The notes under the pieces: generated by a model
The model's database searches: none
The model's input: the letters and a program-made list of their open reading frames with translations, nothing else
Told to the model about the DNA's origin: nothing
Shown: one piece after another, positions 29,871-39,347 of the stretch
How positions within the stretch are numbered: the stretch's first letter is position 1
Layout: each line of letters begins with the position of its first letter
Source: an uncultured Eubacteriales bacterium
GTDB taxonomy: Bacteria > Bacillota > Clostridia > Oscillospirales > Oscillospiraceae
Assembly: GCA_900549485.1 (NCBI GenBank)
Contig: UROG01000002.1
Span: 17,475 to 81,474 of the forward strand
DNA: 64,000 bases
Direction of reading: 5' to 3'
Made by a program: the position numbers and the translations under genes

Positions 29871-31233
29871 AGAGTTTCTTGAACGCAAAGCGCAGACGAT
29901 TCCCTGCTGTGGTTTCACCTTTCAGAAAGCCGAAATGAACCACAATTTGTTTGACTGGCAGAAAGACATCGTTTCATGGGCGCTGAAAAAAGGCAAAGCG
30001 GCGCTTTTTGAAGACTGCGGTCTTGGCAAGACAATACAGCAGCTGGAATGGTGCAGCATCGTTTCCGAGTACACAGGAATGCCGACCGTGATTCTTGCAC
30101 CGCTGGCCGTTTCCCGGCAGACAAAGAAAGAAGGACTCAAGTTCGGATATGAGGTCAACATCTGCCGCAGCCAGAAAGATGTAAAGCCCGGTATAAACAT
30201 ATCGAATTATGAAATGATCGAGCATTTCAACCTCTCGACGTTCGGCGGAGTTGTTCTCGATGAAAGTTCAATCCTGAAGAATTACAGCGGAGAACTGCGC
30301 ACACAGATTATTGAGTCGTGCAAAGGGACAGCCTTCAAGCTGTCCTGCACGGCGACGCCAGCCCCGAATGATTATATGGAGATCGGCAATCAGGCAGAGT
30401 TTTTGGGCGTGATGACACGCTCTGAAATGTTGGCAACCTTTTTTGTACACGACGGCGGGGAAACAAGCAAATGGCGGTTGAAAGGCCATGCGCAGAATGA
30501 TTTCTGGGAATGGCTTGCAAGCTGGGCCGTGGTTCTCACTACTCCGGCAGATCTCGGCTATGACGGGTCACAATATGTGCTCCCGGAGCTGAATATTCAG
30601 TATGTCGAAGTGCCGTCGGACCTGCCGTTCGCAGCTACACTATCGGAGCGCAGGGAGGCGCGCAGAAAAAGTCTTGATTCCAGATGTGCCGCTGCCGCGA
30701 GGCTCGTTGAAAAAGAGCCGAACGCGCAATGGCTTATGTGGTGCGATCTGAATGACGAGGCCGATAAGCTGTGCAGCATCGTGTATGGCGCGCGTGAAGT
30801 ACGAGGTTCTGACAGCTCCGACAGAAAAGATGTGCGCCTCACTGCCTTTACGGAGGGCTTGATACGTCGGCTTGTCACCAAGCCCAGCATTGCCGGATTC
30901 GGTCTGAATTGGCAGAAGTGTCACAACATGATTTTTGTCGGCCTTTCCGACAGCTATGAAATGCTGTATCAGGCAATTCGCCGGTGCTGGAGATTCGGGC
31001 AGAAGCAGCCCGTAAATGTCTATATTGTCATTTCTCAGGCGGAAGGAGCTGTAAAAGAGAACATCATCCGCAAAGATGAACAGTGCAAGGCCATGATTGC
31101 CGAAATGGTCAAACACACAAAAGACATTCTGGCAGCAGATATAAAGGCCACTGTCAGAATGACAGACTTATACGAGCCAACGGTTGATATGACAACTCCA
31201 TCATGGCTCATTGAAGGAGGATACGCAGCATGA
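29854..31233 (+). CDS. SNF2/DEAD-like superfamily-2 helicase
   Basis: Walker A LFEDCGLGKT, DExx box VVLDESS, helicase C-terminal motifs (FGLNWQ...QAIRRCWRFGQ). Confidence 0.7.
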   Translation: MSMEYKEFLERKAQTIPCCGFTFQKAEMNHNLFDWQKDIVSWALKKGKAALFEDCGLGKTIQQLEWCSIVSEYTGMPTVILAPLAVSRQTKKEGLKFGYEVNICRSQKDVKPGINISNYEMIEHFNLSTFGGVVLDESSILKNYSGELRTQIIESCKGTAFKLSCTATPAPNDYMEIGNQAEFLGVMTRSEMLATFFVHDGGETSKWRLKGHAQNDFWEWLASWAVVLTTPADLGYDGSQYVLPELNIQYVEVPSDLPFAATLSERREARRKSLDSRCAAAARLVEKEPNAQWLMWCDLNDEADKLCSIVYGAREVRGSDSSDRKDVRLTAFTEGLIRRLVTKPSIAGFGLNWQKCHNMIFVGLSDSYEMLYQAIRRCWRFGQKQPVNVYIVISQAEGAVKENIIRKDEQCKAMIAEMVKHTKDILAADIKATVRMTDLYEPTVDMTTPSWLIEGGYAA

Positions 31234-32117
31234 AAGTATTAGGCCAGAAAAGCGGTGAAAACTGGGTGCTGTACAACGGCGATTCATGTGAGATCCTTGT
31301 CGGCATACCGACCGCCAGCATTCACTATTCGATTACATCTATCCCGTTTGCGTCGCTGTACACTTACTCAAATAGCGAAAGAGACCTCGGAAACAGCAGA
31401 AACTATGGCGAATTTGCAGAACATTATCAGTACCTCGGCAAGGAATGGTACAGAGTGATGATGCCCGGCCGCTTGGTGTCTATCCACTGCATGAATCTTC
31501 CCGCTATGAAAGAGCGGGATGGTTTTATCGGGGTGAAAGATTTCCGAGGCGATGTGATTCGATGGATGCAGACTTGCGGTTTTATCTTTCACAGCGAAGT
31601 GTGCATATGGAAAAATCCCGTTGTAGAAATGCAGCGCACAAAGGCTCTCGGCCTCCTGCATAAACAGATTCGCAAGGACAGCGCAATGAGCAGAATGGGC
31701 ATCCCCGATTACATAGTCACATTCAGAAAGCCGGGGATGAATCCTGAGCCTCTGGAGCATACGCACGAGAATTATTCTGTTGACCATTGGCAGCAGGTCG
31801 CGTCCCCGGTTTGGGATGAGTATCCCGCTCCTGTGTGGTGGGACATCAATCAGAGCGCGACTCTCCAGCGCAAGAGCGCCAGAACAGAAAAGGATGAAAA
31901 GCACATCTGCCCCTTGCAGCTTCCGGTCATTGAAAGATGCGTTGAGCTGTGGAGCAAAGAGCATGAAATAGTCCTCGACCCGTTTGACGGTATCGGCTCA
32001 ACAGGATACCAGGCACTCAAGATGGGGCGGCGCCATGTAGGGATAGAGCTGAAGGAGAGCTATTTCAGGCAGGCTGCACTAAATCTTGAAGCTGCGGAGC
32101 GGGAGGCGCGGGCATGA
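31230..32117 (+). CDS. DNA methyltransferase (N6-adenine/N4-cytosine, beta class)
   Basis: Catalytic SIPF ((D/S)PP(Y/F)-like) motif followed by the AdoMet motif VLDPFDGIGSTG, an order typical of phage ParB-associated methyltransferases. Confidence 0.8.
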   Translation: MKVLGQKSGENWVLYNGDSCEILVGIPTASIHYSITSIPFASLYTYSNSERDLGNSRNYGEFAEHYQYLGKEWYRVMMPGRLVSIHCMNLPAMKERDGFIGVKDFRGDVIRWMQTCGFIFHSEVCIWKNPVVEMQRTKALGLLHKQIRKDSAMSRMGIPDYIVTFRKPGMNPEPLEHTHENYSVDHWQQVASPVWDEYPAPVWWDINQSATLQRKSARTEKDEKHICPLQLPVIERCVELWSKEHEIVLDPFDGIGSTGYQALKMGRRHVGIELKESYFRQAALNLEAAEREARA

Positions 32118-32428
32118 CACGAAAAAGGTACGTTAAGTTGCTTATGTCTCGCGGATTCAGCCGAAATGAAGCAAACGCAGTTGCACAGCGCGCACTCCAA
32201 ATCCAAGGCTCTTATTCAGCGGCAGCAAAATACATTCGGCCAAAAATAAAATTCGTCGTAGAAGGACTCGAAGAATTTCAAGATGCGCTATTTCGAGTTT
32301 CTGCCAGCATGGAGGATTTCGCCCGAGCTTTGCAGGAGCTATGCGCATCAGGGAAACCCGCGCCGCAAAGCCAGCGCTATGTGGAGTTGGAGGATAACAA
32401 CGGTGCTGATAATCACGATTCATGTTGA
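32114..32428 (+). CDS. hypothetical protein
   Basis: 104 aa ORF, coupled (ATGA). Confidence 0.35.
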   Translation: MTRKRYVKLLMSRGFSRNEANAVAQRALQIQGSYSAAAKYIRPKIKFVVEGLEEFQDALFRVSASMEDFARALQELCASGKPAPQSQRYVELEDNNGADNHDSC

Positions 32429-32587
32429 TGCACCTGCTGGTCAAGCAATCGGCGTAAAAGAGCAGATTGCTCAAGATTTGGAGCGCTTCGGAGATACAAA
32501 AGTTATCTCAATCAAAGAATCTTTACCGCAGCAGTTGGGAATGTTCGCCGACGCACATAACAACCATGAACGAAAGAGGTGAAGTAA

Positions 32588-33127
32588 ATGCGTGAATATA
32601 TGTCCTGTGCCGGCACTGAAATGAGCGGGGGCAATCAGGTGTATATTCATTACGGTTCAAAGCAGTTTGATATAAGCAAATTTGAACCTATACGAAATTG
32701 GTGGAATAAGCCGCACGGAGGGTTATGGGCAAGCCCTATAAATGCCGATTATGGTTGGAAAAGATGGAATGCAGAAAGCCACTATAGAGTGTGTTCCGAA
32801 GAAAACTCATTTCGCTTTACTCTGACGCCTGACGCCGTTGTATACTGCATTGACAGCGAATCAAAGGCGCTGGGTCTGCCGAGCCTACCTTGGCCTTTTC
32901 CGGATATCAAATACCCAAGCACAAGAACCTTTGACTTTGAAAGGATTTTGCATGCAGGCATTGACGCTATCGAACTCAAGCTTTCTACTGATAGGCAGCT
33001 ATATTGGGTGATGTATGGATGGGATTGTGACTGTATCCTGATCCTTAATCCGGATGTCATCGTCCCGCTTGACACCGCCGCCGAACGAGCCGCCAATAAA
33101 CGCGCAGCATTGGATTGGGGGTACTGA
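32588..33127 (+). CDS. hypothetical protein
   Basis: 179 aa with a GAGGTG RBS. Confidence 0.4.
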   Translation: MREYMSCAGTEMSGGNQVYIHYGSKQFDISKFEPIRNWWNKPHGGLWASPINADYGWKRWNAESHYRVCSEENSFRFTLTPDAVVYCIDSESKALGLPSLPWPFPDIKYPSTRTFDFERILHAGIDAIELKLSTDRQLYWVMYGWDCDCILILNPDVIVPLDTAAERAANKRAALDWGY

Positions 33128-33129
33128 CT

Positions 33130-33453
33130 ATGGCTGCTATTAGGTTGATAAAGCGTGCCAAATACGCTGGTGATGTCCATGCAGAACTAATAAAGTCGGG
33201 GTGGGATCTGGATGCAGCGACTTTGTTTGTTGAGAACATTCCAGATGCTGATGTTGCGCCAGTGTTGCATAGCTATTGGGAAGAATACGCTTGTTCGCAA
33301 TTTATGGGGGTGGATGAATGGGGCGAGCCGAAATGGCGTGATGGCAGATTTTACATCTGCCACAATTACAAATGCCGGAGAAAAACAGGTGTAAAAAGCA
33401 ACTACTGCCCCAACTGCGGCGCGAGAATGGACGGTGTCGAAAATGAAGTGTGA
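33130..33453 (+). CDS. zinc-ribbon protein
   Basis: CHNYKCRRK...CPNCG. Confidence 0.35.
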   Translation: MAAIRLIKRAKYAGDVHAELIKSGWDLDAATLFVENIPDADVAPVLHSYWEEYACSQFMGVDEWGEPKWRDGRFYICHNYKCRRKTGVKSNYCPNCGARMDGVENEV

Positions 33454-33736
33454 AAAATGCGGCCATGAGTTAGGTGCATTAAGTGTCGATATGTTCAACT
33501 ACGATGGCAGCGACAGACTCGTTGACGTTGCATTCCGCGAGGAAGAGGAAAACGCGGTAGTAATCGACACTGCGCAAAACTGGACTGGGTATGAGCTTTC
33601 CGAAGAAGAAAGGTCAGACACAATCCACTGCCCGAACTGTGGAAGATTCCCATTTGAGAACACTGAAATCCACGTTTATGATGTGATTAGGCTGGTAATG
33701 TTCAGAAAGGACGGTAAAACAGATGGAGAAGCTTAA
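33443..33736 (+). CDS. zinc-ribbon protein
   Basis: MKCEKCGH...HCPNCG. Confidence 0.35.
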   Translation: MKCEKCGHELGALSVDMFNYDGSDRLVDVAFREEEENAVVIDTAQNWTGYELSEEERSDTIHCPNCGRFPFENTEIHVYDVIRLVMFRKDGKTDGEA

Positions 33737-33971
33737 ACCTTGCCCATTCTGCGGTGGGAAAGCCCAATTTTTAGTAAAAACCCACATGGAGCGTGGGATT
33801 ACAAGGGGGTATTCCTTTGGCGTATACTGCACAAAATGCGACATTACTACGTCAAAAACAAATTATGGCATTGAGTTTCAGCTTAACGGTAACGGCGAAA
33901 TAGAAATAACACTGGATGAACGTTTATTGGCAGTCGAAGCATGGAATAGGAGGCCTGACAATGCAGGATGA
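33723..33971 (+). CDS. Lar-family restriction alleviation protein
   Basis: N-terminal LKPCPFCGGKA motif diagnostic of the Lar family. About 80 aa. Confidence 0.6.
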   Translation: MEKLKPCPFCGGKAQFLVKTHMERGITRGYSFGVYCTKCDITTSKTNYGIEFQLNGNGEIEITLDERLLAVEAWNRRPDNAG

Positions 33972-34254
33972 AAAGTGTACAAATTGTGTAGAACCATGCC
34001 CGATGGCTGACATGGCGCATGAAGCCGCTAAAGGCAGAATGTACGCAACGAATGAGTTTATCAGCCTCTTGAAAAAAGTCGAGTGTGGCCAGCTCGTGGA
34101 GGTCGTGCGGTGTAAGGGCTGTAAGCATCACAGAATATTTCTGAAACGAGATATGTGTGCGAAAAACGCTCAAGTGCTTGCTGGGCATGAAGTGGGCTTG
34201 ACAGCCACAAACCCCGACGATTTTTGCAGCTACGGAGAAAAAGCCTATGAATGA
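33961..34254 (+). CDS. hypothetical cysteine-rich protein
   Basis: GGAGG RBS. CTNC...CP...C..CKGCKHH. Confidence 0.4.
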   Translation: MQDEKCTNCVEPCPMADMAHEAAKGRMYATNEFISLLKKVECGQLVEVVRCKGCKHHRIFLKRDMCAKNAQVLAGHEVGLTATNPDDFCSYGEKAYE

Positions 34255-34266
34255 GGAGGTCAACCA

Positions 34267-34560
34267 ATGATACCCAGAGAAATATTATCCGCTGCTCTTA
34301 AAACCTATGGAGCGGAAGCGCAGACACTGATGGTCATGGAAGAAATGTCCGAGCTGACAAAGGAGCTTTGCAAGCATGCTCGTGGTGCGGACAACATTGA
34401 CGCAATCGCTGAGGAGATAGCTGACGTGTATATCATGCTGCGACAGATGGAGATACTGCACGACTACTCCAATCGCGTGATGCAATGGTTCGACGTTAAA
34501 CTCGCGCGCTTGGAGTGCCGACTGAAAGGAGCTGGTGAAGATGCCGGAACTGGGAATTGA
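34267..34560 (+). CDS. MazG-like nucleotide pyrophosphohydrolase
   Basis: Short all-alpha protein with EExxE (MEEMSELTKEL) and EEIADVYIML motifs typical of the MazG/NTP-PPase family. Confidence 0.55.
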   Translation: MIPREILSAALKTYGAEAQTLMVMEEMSELTKELCKHARGADNIDAIAEEIADVYIMLRQMEILHDYSNRVMQWFDVKLARLECRLKGAGEDAGTGN

Positions 34561-34807
34561 AATACGCAGTTGCTCAGATTGCAGGAAGAAAGATGTCGGC
34601 ACAATGCTTTACGATATGCTTTCATGGCAGCGTGTATCGCTCATGCTGGCTTATGACCGAGAGCGGGATATCATCATCGTGGATGAAACCATGCTGATGA
34701 ACGCTATATGCATGGTAAACCCCGCTCAAGAGCCAAAGCATATTGAGCTTGGCGACGCCAGAGGAATGTGGAAGAAAAGGCTGGTGAATCTCGAAGATGG
34801 GCGATAA
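34541..34807 (+). CDS. hypothetical protein
   Basis: About 88 aa ORF. Confidence 0.3.
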   Translation: MPELGIEIRSCSDCRKKDVGTMLYDMLSWQRVSLMLAYDRERDIIIVDETMLMNAICMVNPAQEPKHIELGDARGMWKKRLVNLEDGR

Positions 34808-35348
34808 GAGCAAAGATTATATCATTCGGCTGGCGGCCGAAGTCGGCGCAAAAACCGCTCTTAAAGAGTTCGAGGCCGAGATGGTCAAATCCAAGAATGA
34901 GCGCTCAGATCGGAGACTTCGCAACACCCGGCTGCTGCTGCGAAACTACCGCATGTTTAAGGCTCACGCCGAGAATGCTATATATGATGCGCAGGACGTG
35001 GACGAAGACGCCTATGACATTATCGACCTCATGTCTGACCGCTGGCAGGACAGTGATGCTATTGTCGAAAGCATAAAACAATCCGTCGCCCGGACAGTTA
35101 CGATAGTATCGCACATCGACGCTATGCTCCATCTCTATGAAGTCTACTGCACGCAGTCAGGCAGCGCAGAGGAGCTGCGCCGTTGGGTGGTAATCAACGG
35201 CCTGTACATAAAAGAACCGCCCATGACTGTCAAGGAGTTGGCCAATGATAACTTCGTCACTGAGCGGACGATTTACAGAGATATAGACATTGCCAGCGAG
35301 CGCATAGCTGCACTTATTTTCGGCATCGACGGAATAAAGAAAAGCTGA
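34797..35348 (+). CDS. putative phage late-gene transcriptional regulator (sigma-70 region-4-like / ArpU-like)
   Basis: C-terminal HTH TVKELANDNFVTERTIYRDIDIASERIAAL resembles sigma region 4. Positioned just before the packaging genes. Confidence 0.45.
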   Translation: MGDKSKDYIIRLAAEVGAKTALKEFEAEMVKSKNERSDRRLRNTRLLLRNYRMFKAHAENAIYDAQDVDEDAYDIIDLMSDRWQDSDAIVESIKQSVARTVTIVSHIDAMLHLYEVYCTQSGSAEELRRWVVINGLYIKEPPMTVKELANDNFVTERTIYRDIDIASERIAALIFGIDGIKKS

Positions 35349-35399
35349 TGTCAAAAACGTGTCAGTGACAATTCAATATGAATGTGTTATTATGACACT

Positions 35400-35470
35400 T
35401 GTAAAATCTTAATCATAGCCTGAACTCCCGATTTTTGAGGTCTTCGCCCAGACCGCTGAGAAAGTCGGGA
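35400..35470 (+). terminator. hairpin plus U-tract upstream of the late operon
   Basis: aactcccga(t)ttt...aaagtcgggagtt stem followed by ttttactttt. Confidence 0.35.
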
Positions 35471-35546
35471 GTTTTACTTTTGGCACAAAGGAGGGCAGCA
35501 ACTGACCCGCTCCTTATAGTTTGATGAACTTTAAGGAGGAAATCTT

Positions 35547-36545
35547 GTGTTTGCACAAATCAAAGAGAAATTCAAAGCCAATCCCATTGAGTATTATTCG
35601 CTGAGCATCGCTGCTTCTTGGGCCGGTGCCGGCTCTCTCATGAACTCCACAACGCTGGCTCAAACGCTCGGCGTAGTTCCAGCGCTTATCTGGTGTGCAT
35701 TCAACACTGTTGCCTGTATGGTGTTCGGTCTGATTATTTGGAAGCTGCCGACTGTCCGGGAAATAATGCGGATGCGTATCAGCCGCATTGTTCTGGCCTT
35801 ATTCAGCATCTTTCAAATTTGGCTGTGCATGACTGCAATGAATGAAGCATGGGCATCTACTGCGGTAGGTATGGTGGGAGGCATGGTTATTACCTATGCC
35901 TTCACAACTGGATTCATAATCGCATTGTACCGGCGCGGCATTATTGCAAATATCATGACTGACAACGGCGGGATGTACATTATTTATGCCCTTGTGGTTG
36001 TCCTGTCGCTTTCATCCTTATACATCGCCGGATGGAATTTTGATGGTCTTTCCAAAGGGCTTGAGACGGCAAATCTGATGCAGGGCTTGTACAAGGGACT
36101 CTTGCTACTCCCAGGACCGTTTACTTATCCATACTTTTATAAGCTGCTCGATTATAACGAGGGCAATGATGAGGGCGTCAGCAGAACAGACATGACTCAG
36201 GCTTTCATAAATGGTGGTATCGGTTTTGGCGTATATCTTCTGTTCGCGTTCTCGCTGGTATTTACGACGTTCTCGCCGGTGCTTAACGTCTGCAAAGCCG
36301 TGCTATTATCTGCGTTGGCAATATCGACGCTGTCAACATTCATCTATTCAGAGTTTGCTGTATTCGGGCAGAAAGTAGGCCTTGCAATAAATGTGTTTGC
36401 TCTTCTGTTTTGGATAGCAGTTGCCCCGCTCGGTGTGATGGGCGTCTGGACGCTCATGGCGGAGAGCCGGGTATATCTTGTCGTTGCAATGCTTGTTGCT
36501 GCGGTTATAAAGAGACGGCATGATATGCGGGAGGCGGCACTATGA
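35547..36545 (+). CDS. polytopic integral membrane protein (unknown function)
   Basis: GTG start 7 nt after AAGGAGG. 332 aa, about 9 to 10 TM helices. No recognisable family. Confidence 0.55.
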   Translation: MFAQIKEKFKANPIEYYSLSIAASWAGAGSLMNSTTLAQTLGVVPALIWCAFNTVACMVFGLIIWKLPTVREIMRMRISRIVLALFSIFQIWLCMTAMNEAWASTAVGMVGGMVITYAFTTGFIIALYRRGIIANIMTDNGGMYIIYALVVVLSLSSLYIAGWNFDGLSKGLETANLMQGLYKGLLLLPGPFTYPYFYKLLDYNEGNDEGVSRTDMTQAFINGGIGFGVYLLFAFSLVFTTFSPVLNVCKAVLLSALAISTLSTFIYSEFAVFGQKVGLAINVFALLFWIAVAPLGVMGVWTLMAESRVYLVVAMLVAAVIKRRHDMREAAL

Positions 36546-37192
36546 TGCAAGTCGTAACAAAGAGCCTCGCCGACCTGCACGAAGCCCCGAAGAATGTGCG
36601 CAAGCATACGGATAAGCAGATAAAAGAATATGTGCGGTCACTTGAAATGTTCGGCCAGATAAAGCCTATCGTCATAGACGAACACGGAGAGATCATAGCT
36701 GGTAATGGCCTGTTTCTTGCACTTCGCGCTATGGGGCGGGAGACATGCGAATGTTACATTGTTTCCGGGCTGACCTCCGCACAGAAGAAAAAGCTCATGC
36801 TCGCCGACAACCGAGTATATGAGCTTGGCATTACAGATGTTGGCGCATTCGAGGAAATCATCCTTGACCTTGACGGAGATATAGACGTTCCCGGGTGGGA
36901 TGAAGATCTCCTGTCAATGATGAATGCGACAGCCGATGATGTTGATGACGCTGTCCTCGACTATGGCGATTTTGAAGCGTCGGCTATCACACGCCTCTCT
37001 GACAAAAAGCCGCCTGCACCGGCACGCAAAGACAGCATTGCGCATCAGCCCGAAGAGCCGCCCACGTCAGCGCGTGCAGCGGAACATATAAATACCTACC
37101 ATGAGCCGGAAACGCTCACGAGCGACGCGCCTGAGGCGTTGCAACGCAGATATATCATCTGCCCGAAATGTGGTGAGAAGATATGCCTGTAA
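36542..37192 (+). CDS. ParB-like nuclease domain protein (IbrB-like)
   Basis: N-terminal ParB/Srx region (LADLHEAPKNVRKH...IVIDEHGEIIAGNGLFLA). C-terminal zinc ribbon CPKCGEKIC. Confidence 0.55.
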   Translation: MMQVVTKSLADLHEAPKNVRKHTDKQIKEYVRSLEMFGQIKPIVIDEHGEIIAGNGLFLALRAMGRETCECYIVSGLTSAQKKKLMLADNRVYELGITDVGAFEEIILDLDGDIDVPGWDEDLLSMMNATADDVDDAVLDYGDFEASAITRLSDKKPPAPARKDSIAHQPEEPPTSARAAEHINTYHEPETLTSDAPEALQRRYIICPKCGEKICL

Positions 37193-38316
37193 AAAAGTTT
37201 GAAAGCACCGTCAGCGTCCTCGATGCGGCGAAGAATCGTATCAAAAATCTCTTCAATACCGGCTGTAAAGTGTATCTGTCTTTTTCATGCGGGAAAGACA
37301 GTCTTTGCATGGCAAGCATTACGCTTGACCTTATAATCTCCGGGGAGATAAACGGCGCGCAGCTGACGGTCATCTTTGTTGATGAAGAGGGGCTGTATAA
37401 ATCTATGGTCGATGCCGCTTTGCGATGGCGCAAGAAATTCATGGCGGTCGGCGTGCCGTTTATATGGCTGTGCCTCCCGCTGAAGCAGGTATCTGTGCTT
37501 GACCGCCTGGCATCGTCCGAAAGCTGGATAACATGGGAGCCGGGAAAAGAAGATTCTTGGATCAGACAGCCGCCACCGTTCGCTGTCATGCAGCATCCGG
37601 TCCTGCGTTATCCCGGGGAAATGAACTATCAAACGTTCTGCCGCAGAGCGTTTTCCGATGGTATGCAGATGATAGGCTTGCGAACGTCAGAATCGTTGAC
37701 GCGGTTGCAGAGCGTCACAAATCTTGACCTTACAAGGGTAACGCCGGGTGGCTCATTCTATCCAATCTACGACTGGAAAGACAATGATGTGTGGCTCTAT
37801 ATCAAGGAGCGCAAGCTTGAATTCCCAGAAATATATATTCGCCTGTATGAGGCCGGCGTGCAGAAACGAAACCTGCGCCTGTGCGCGTTCTTCGGAGACT
37901 GCGGCACACAGGGTTTGCGGTGGATTGCAGAAACCGATAACGAGCTATGGCAGCGCATAGAAAAGCGAGAGCCGAATGCTTACCTTGTGCTGCTCTACTG
38001 GGACAGTGAAATGTTCCGCAGGCAATCCCGCAAGCGCCGTGAGCTTGAATCGGATGGGCAGAAAAAAGACTATCGCGCTCTTTGCAAGGACATTCTCTTC
38101 CTCAATACCGACAAATACACAATAGCGCCAGACACCAAGGCAAAGCTTGATGGATGGCGCTCTTTGTTTATCAAGACCTATGGGATTGCACAGGAAAAGC
38201 ACTATAAGCGGATGTATGAGGGGCTTCTTTATGGCGACCCCAAATCACGGGTGCTGAGAATCCTTTGGACAAACATCTTCATCGACTACAATTCTGATAA
38301 GGCGGTGAAGAGATGA
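37183..38316 (+). CDS. phosphoadenosine phosphosulfate (PAPS) reductase-family protein (IbrA-like, PP-loop ATPase)
   Basis: PP-loop SFSCGKDS near the N-terminus. About 377 aa, a length typical of phage PAPS-reductase / DUF3440 proteins. Confidence 0.75.
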   Translation: MPVKKFESTVSVLDAAKNRIKNLFNTGCKVYLSFSCGKDSLCMASITLDLIISGEINGAQLTVIFVDEEGLYKSMVDAALRWRKKFMAVGVPFIWLCLPLKQVSVLDRLASSESWITWEPGKEDSWIRQPPPFAVMQHPVLRYPGEMNYQTFCRRAFSDGMQMIGLRTSESLTRLQSVTNLDLTRVTPGGSFYPIYDWKDNDVWLYIKERKLEFPEIYIRLYEAGVQKRNLRLCAFFGDCGTQGLRWIAETDNELWQRIEKREPNAYLVLLYWDSEMFRRQSRKRRELESDGQKKDYRALCKDILFLNTDKYTIAPDTKAKLDGWRSLFIKTYGIAQEKHYKRMYEGLLYGDPKSRVLRILWTNIFIDYNSDKAVKR

Positions 38317-38837
38317 AAGAAATGGATTTGTTCGCACCTCTGGCATCGCTGCAATGGGTAGAACGTGACCGGCTGCACGCGAATGATTATAACCCCAATA
38401 AAGTATCCGAGGACAATCTTCAACTGCTGATGCAATCAATCGAAACGAACGGATGGACGTTGCCTATCGTAGTGCGCCCAGACTTCACTATCATTGATGG
38501 CTTCCATCGCTGGACCGTTGCCGGTCGTGAGCCGCTCAAAACGCAGCTCGGCGGCAAAGTGCCGGTTGTCATTGTCGAACACGATGACGCGAGTGATGAC
38601 ATATATGGCACGATCACTCATAACCGGGCAAGAGGTACGCATTTGCTTGAGCCTATGAAAGCCATTGTGAAAAGGTTGCTGGATGACGGCAAAACCGTAG
38701 ATGAAATTGGTAAACAGCTTGGCATGAAACCGGAAGAGGTATTCAGACTTTCGGATTTCACCCGAGAAGAATTCCTCGACATGATGACAAAGGGCGTAAA
38801 TGGGTACAGCCGCGCCGTTGTGTACAAGAAAATATGA
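38313..38837 (+). CDS. ParB/Srx-like nuclease domain protein
   Basis: IIDGFHRW (DGxHR) ParB N-terminal motif. 174 aa. Confidence 0.65.
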   Translation: MKEMDLFAPLASLQWVERDRLHANDYNPNKVSEDNLQLLMQSIETNGWTLPIVVRPDFTIIDGFHRWTVAGREPLKTQLGGKVPVVIVEHDDASDDIYGTITHNRARGTHLLEPMKAIVKRLLDDGKTVDEIGKQLGMKPEEVFRLSDFTREEFLDMMTKGVNGYSRAVVYKKI

Positions 38838-38844
38838 GAGGAGC

Positions 38845-39027
38845 ATGGCAGATGTGAAAACAACGGAGACTATTCAGGTATTCGTAAAGATTGATAAGGG
38901 TAGAACCGTCTGCATCTGCCATGCAGCGCGCAAGCGCTGTGGTTGCGCATGCGAGCGCTGCGAGGTCACACGAGATAAGTTCTCTGAGTGGCGGCGTGTT
39001 ATGCGGCGCGACAAGTATGGAAAGTGA
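38845..39027 (+). CDS. hypothetical cysteine-rich protein
   Basis: GAGAGGAG RBS. CICHAARKRCGCACERC. Confidence 0.3.
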   Translation: MADVKTTETIQVFVKIDKGRTVCICHAARKRCGCACERCEVTRDKFSEWRRVMRRDKYGK

Positions 39028-39044
39028 TGGGCGGTGAGCATCGC

Positions 39045-39347
39045 ATGAAGAAGTATAGTCGCAGCACCGGCAAGCGGACACTCAAGGAGGATGGATTCTA
39101 TCACACTCCAGCATGGAGACGTATTCGATTGGTGGTGCTTCAGCGCGATCATTATCAGTGTCAGCTCAGACTTTCTAAAAACTGCACAAAAATTGCAACA
39201 ACCGTGCATCATATCAAAGCGCTTGAGGATTACCCTGAGTTTGCTCTTGACATAGACAACCTTACGAGCTGCTGTTACTCATGCCATGAGCTTACCAAGG
39301 TACGCGAGCGCGACCATCCATCTGGTGTACGAATTATAAAGATATAG
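39045..39347 (+). CDS. HNH endonuclease
   Basis: YQCQ...HHIKAL...N...CCYSCH HNH motif, immediately upstream of the terminase small subunit. Confidence 0.7.
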   Translation: MKKYSRSTGKRTLKEDGFYHTPAWRRIRLVVLQRDHYQCQLRLSKNCTKIATTVHHIKALEDYPEFALDIDNLTSCCYSCHELTKVRERDHPSGVRIIKI

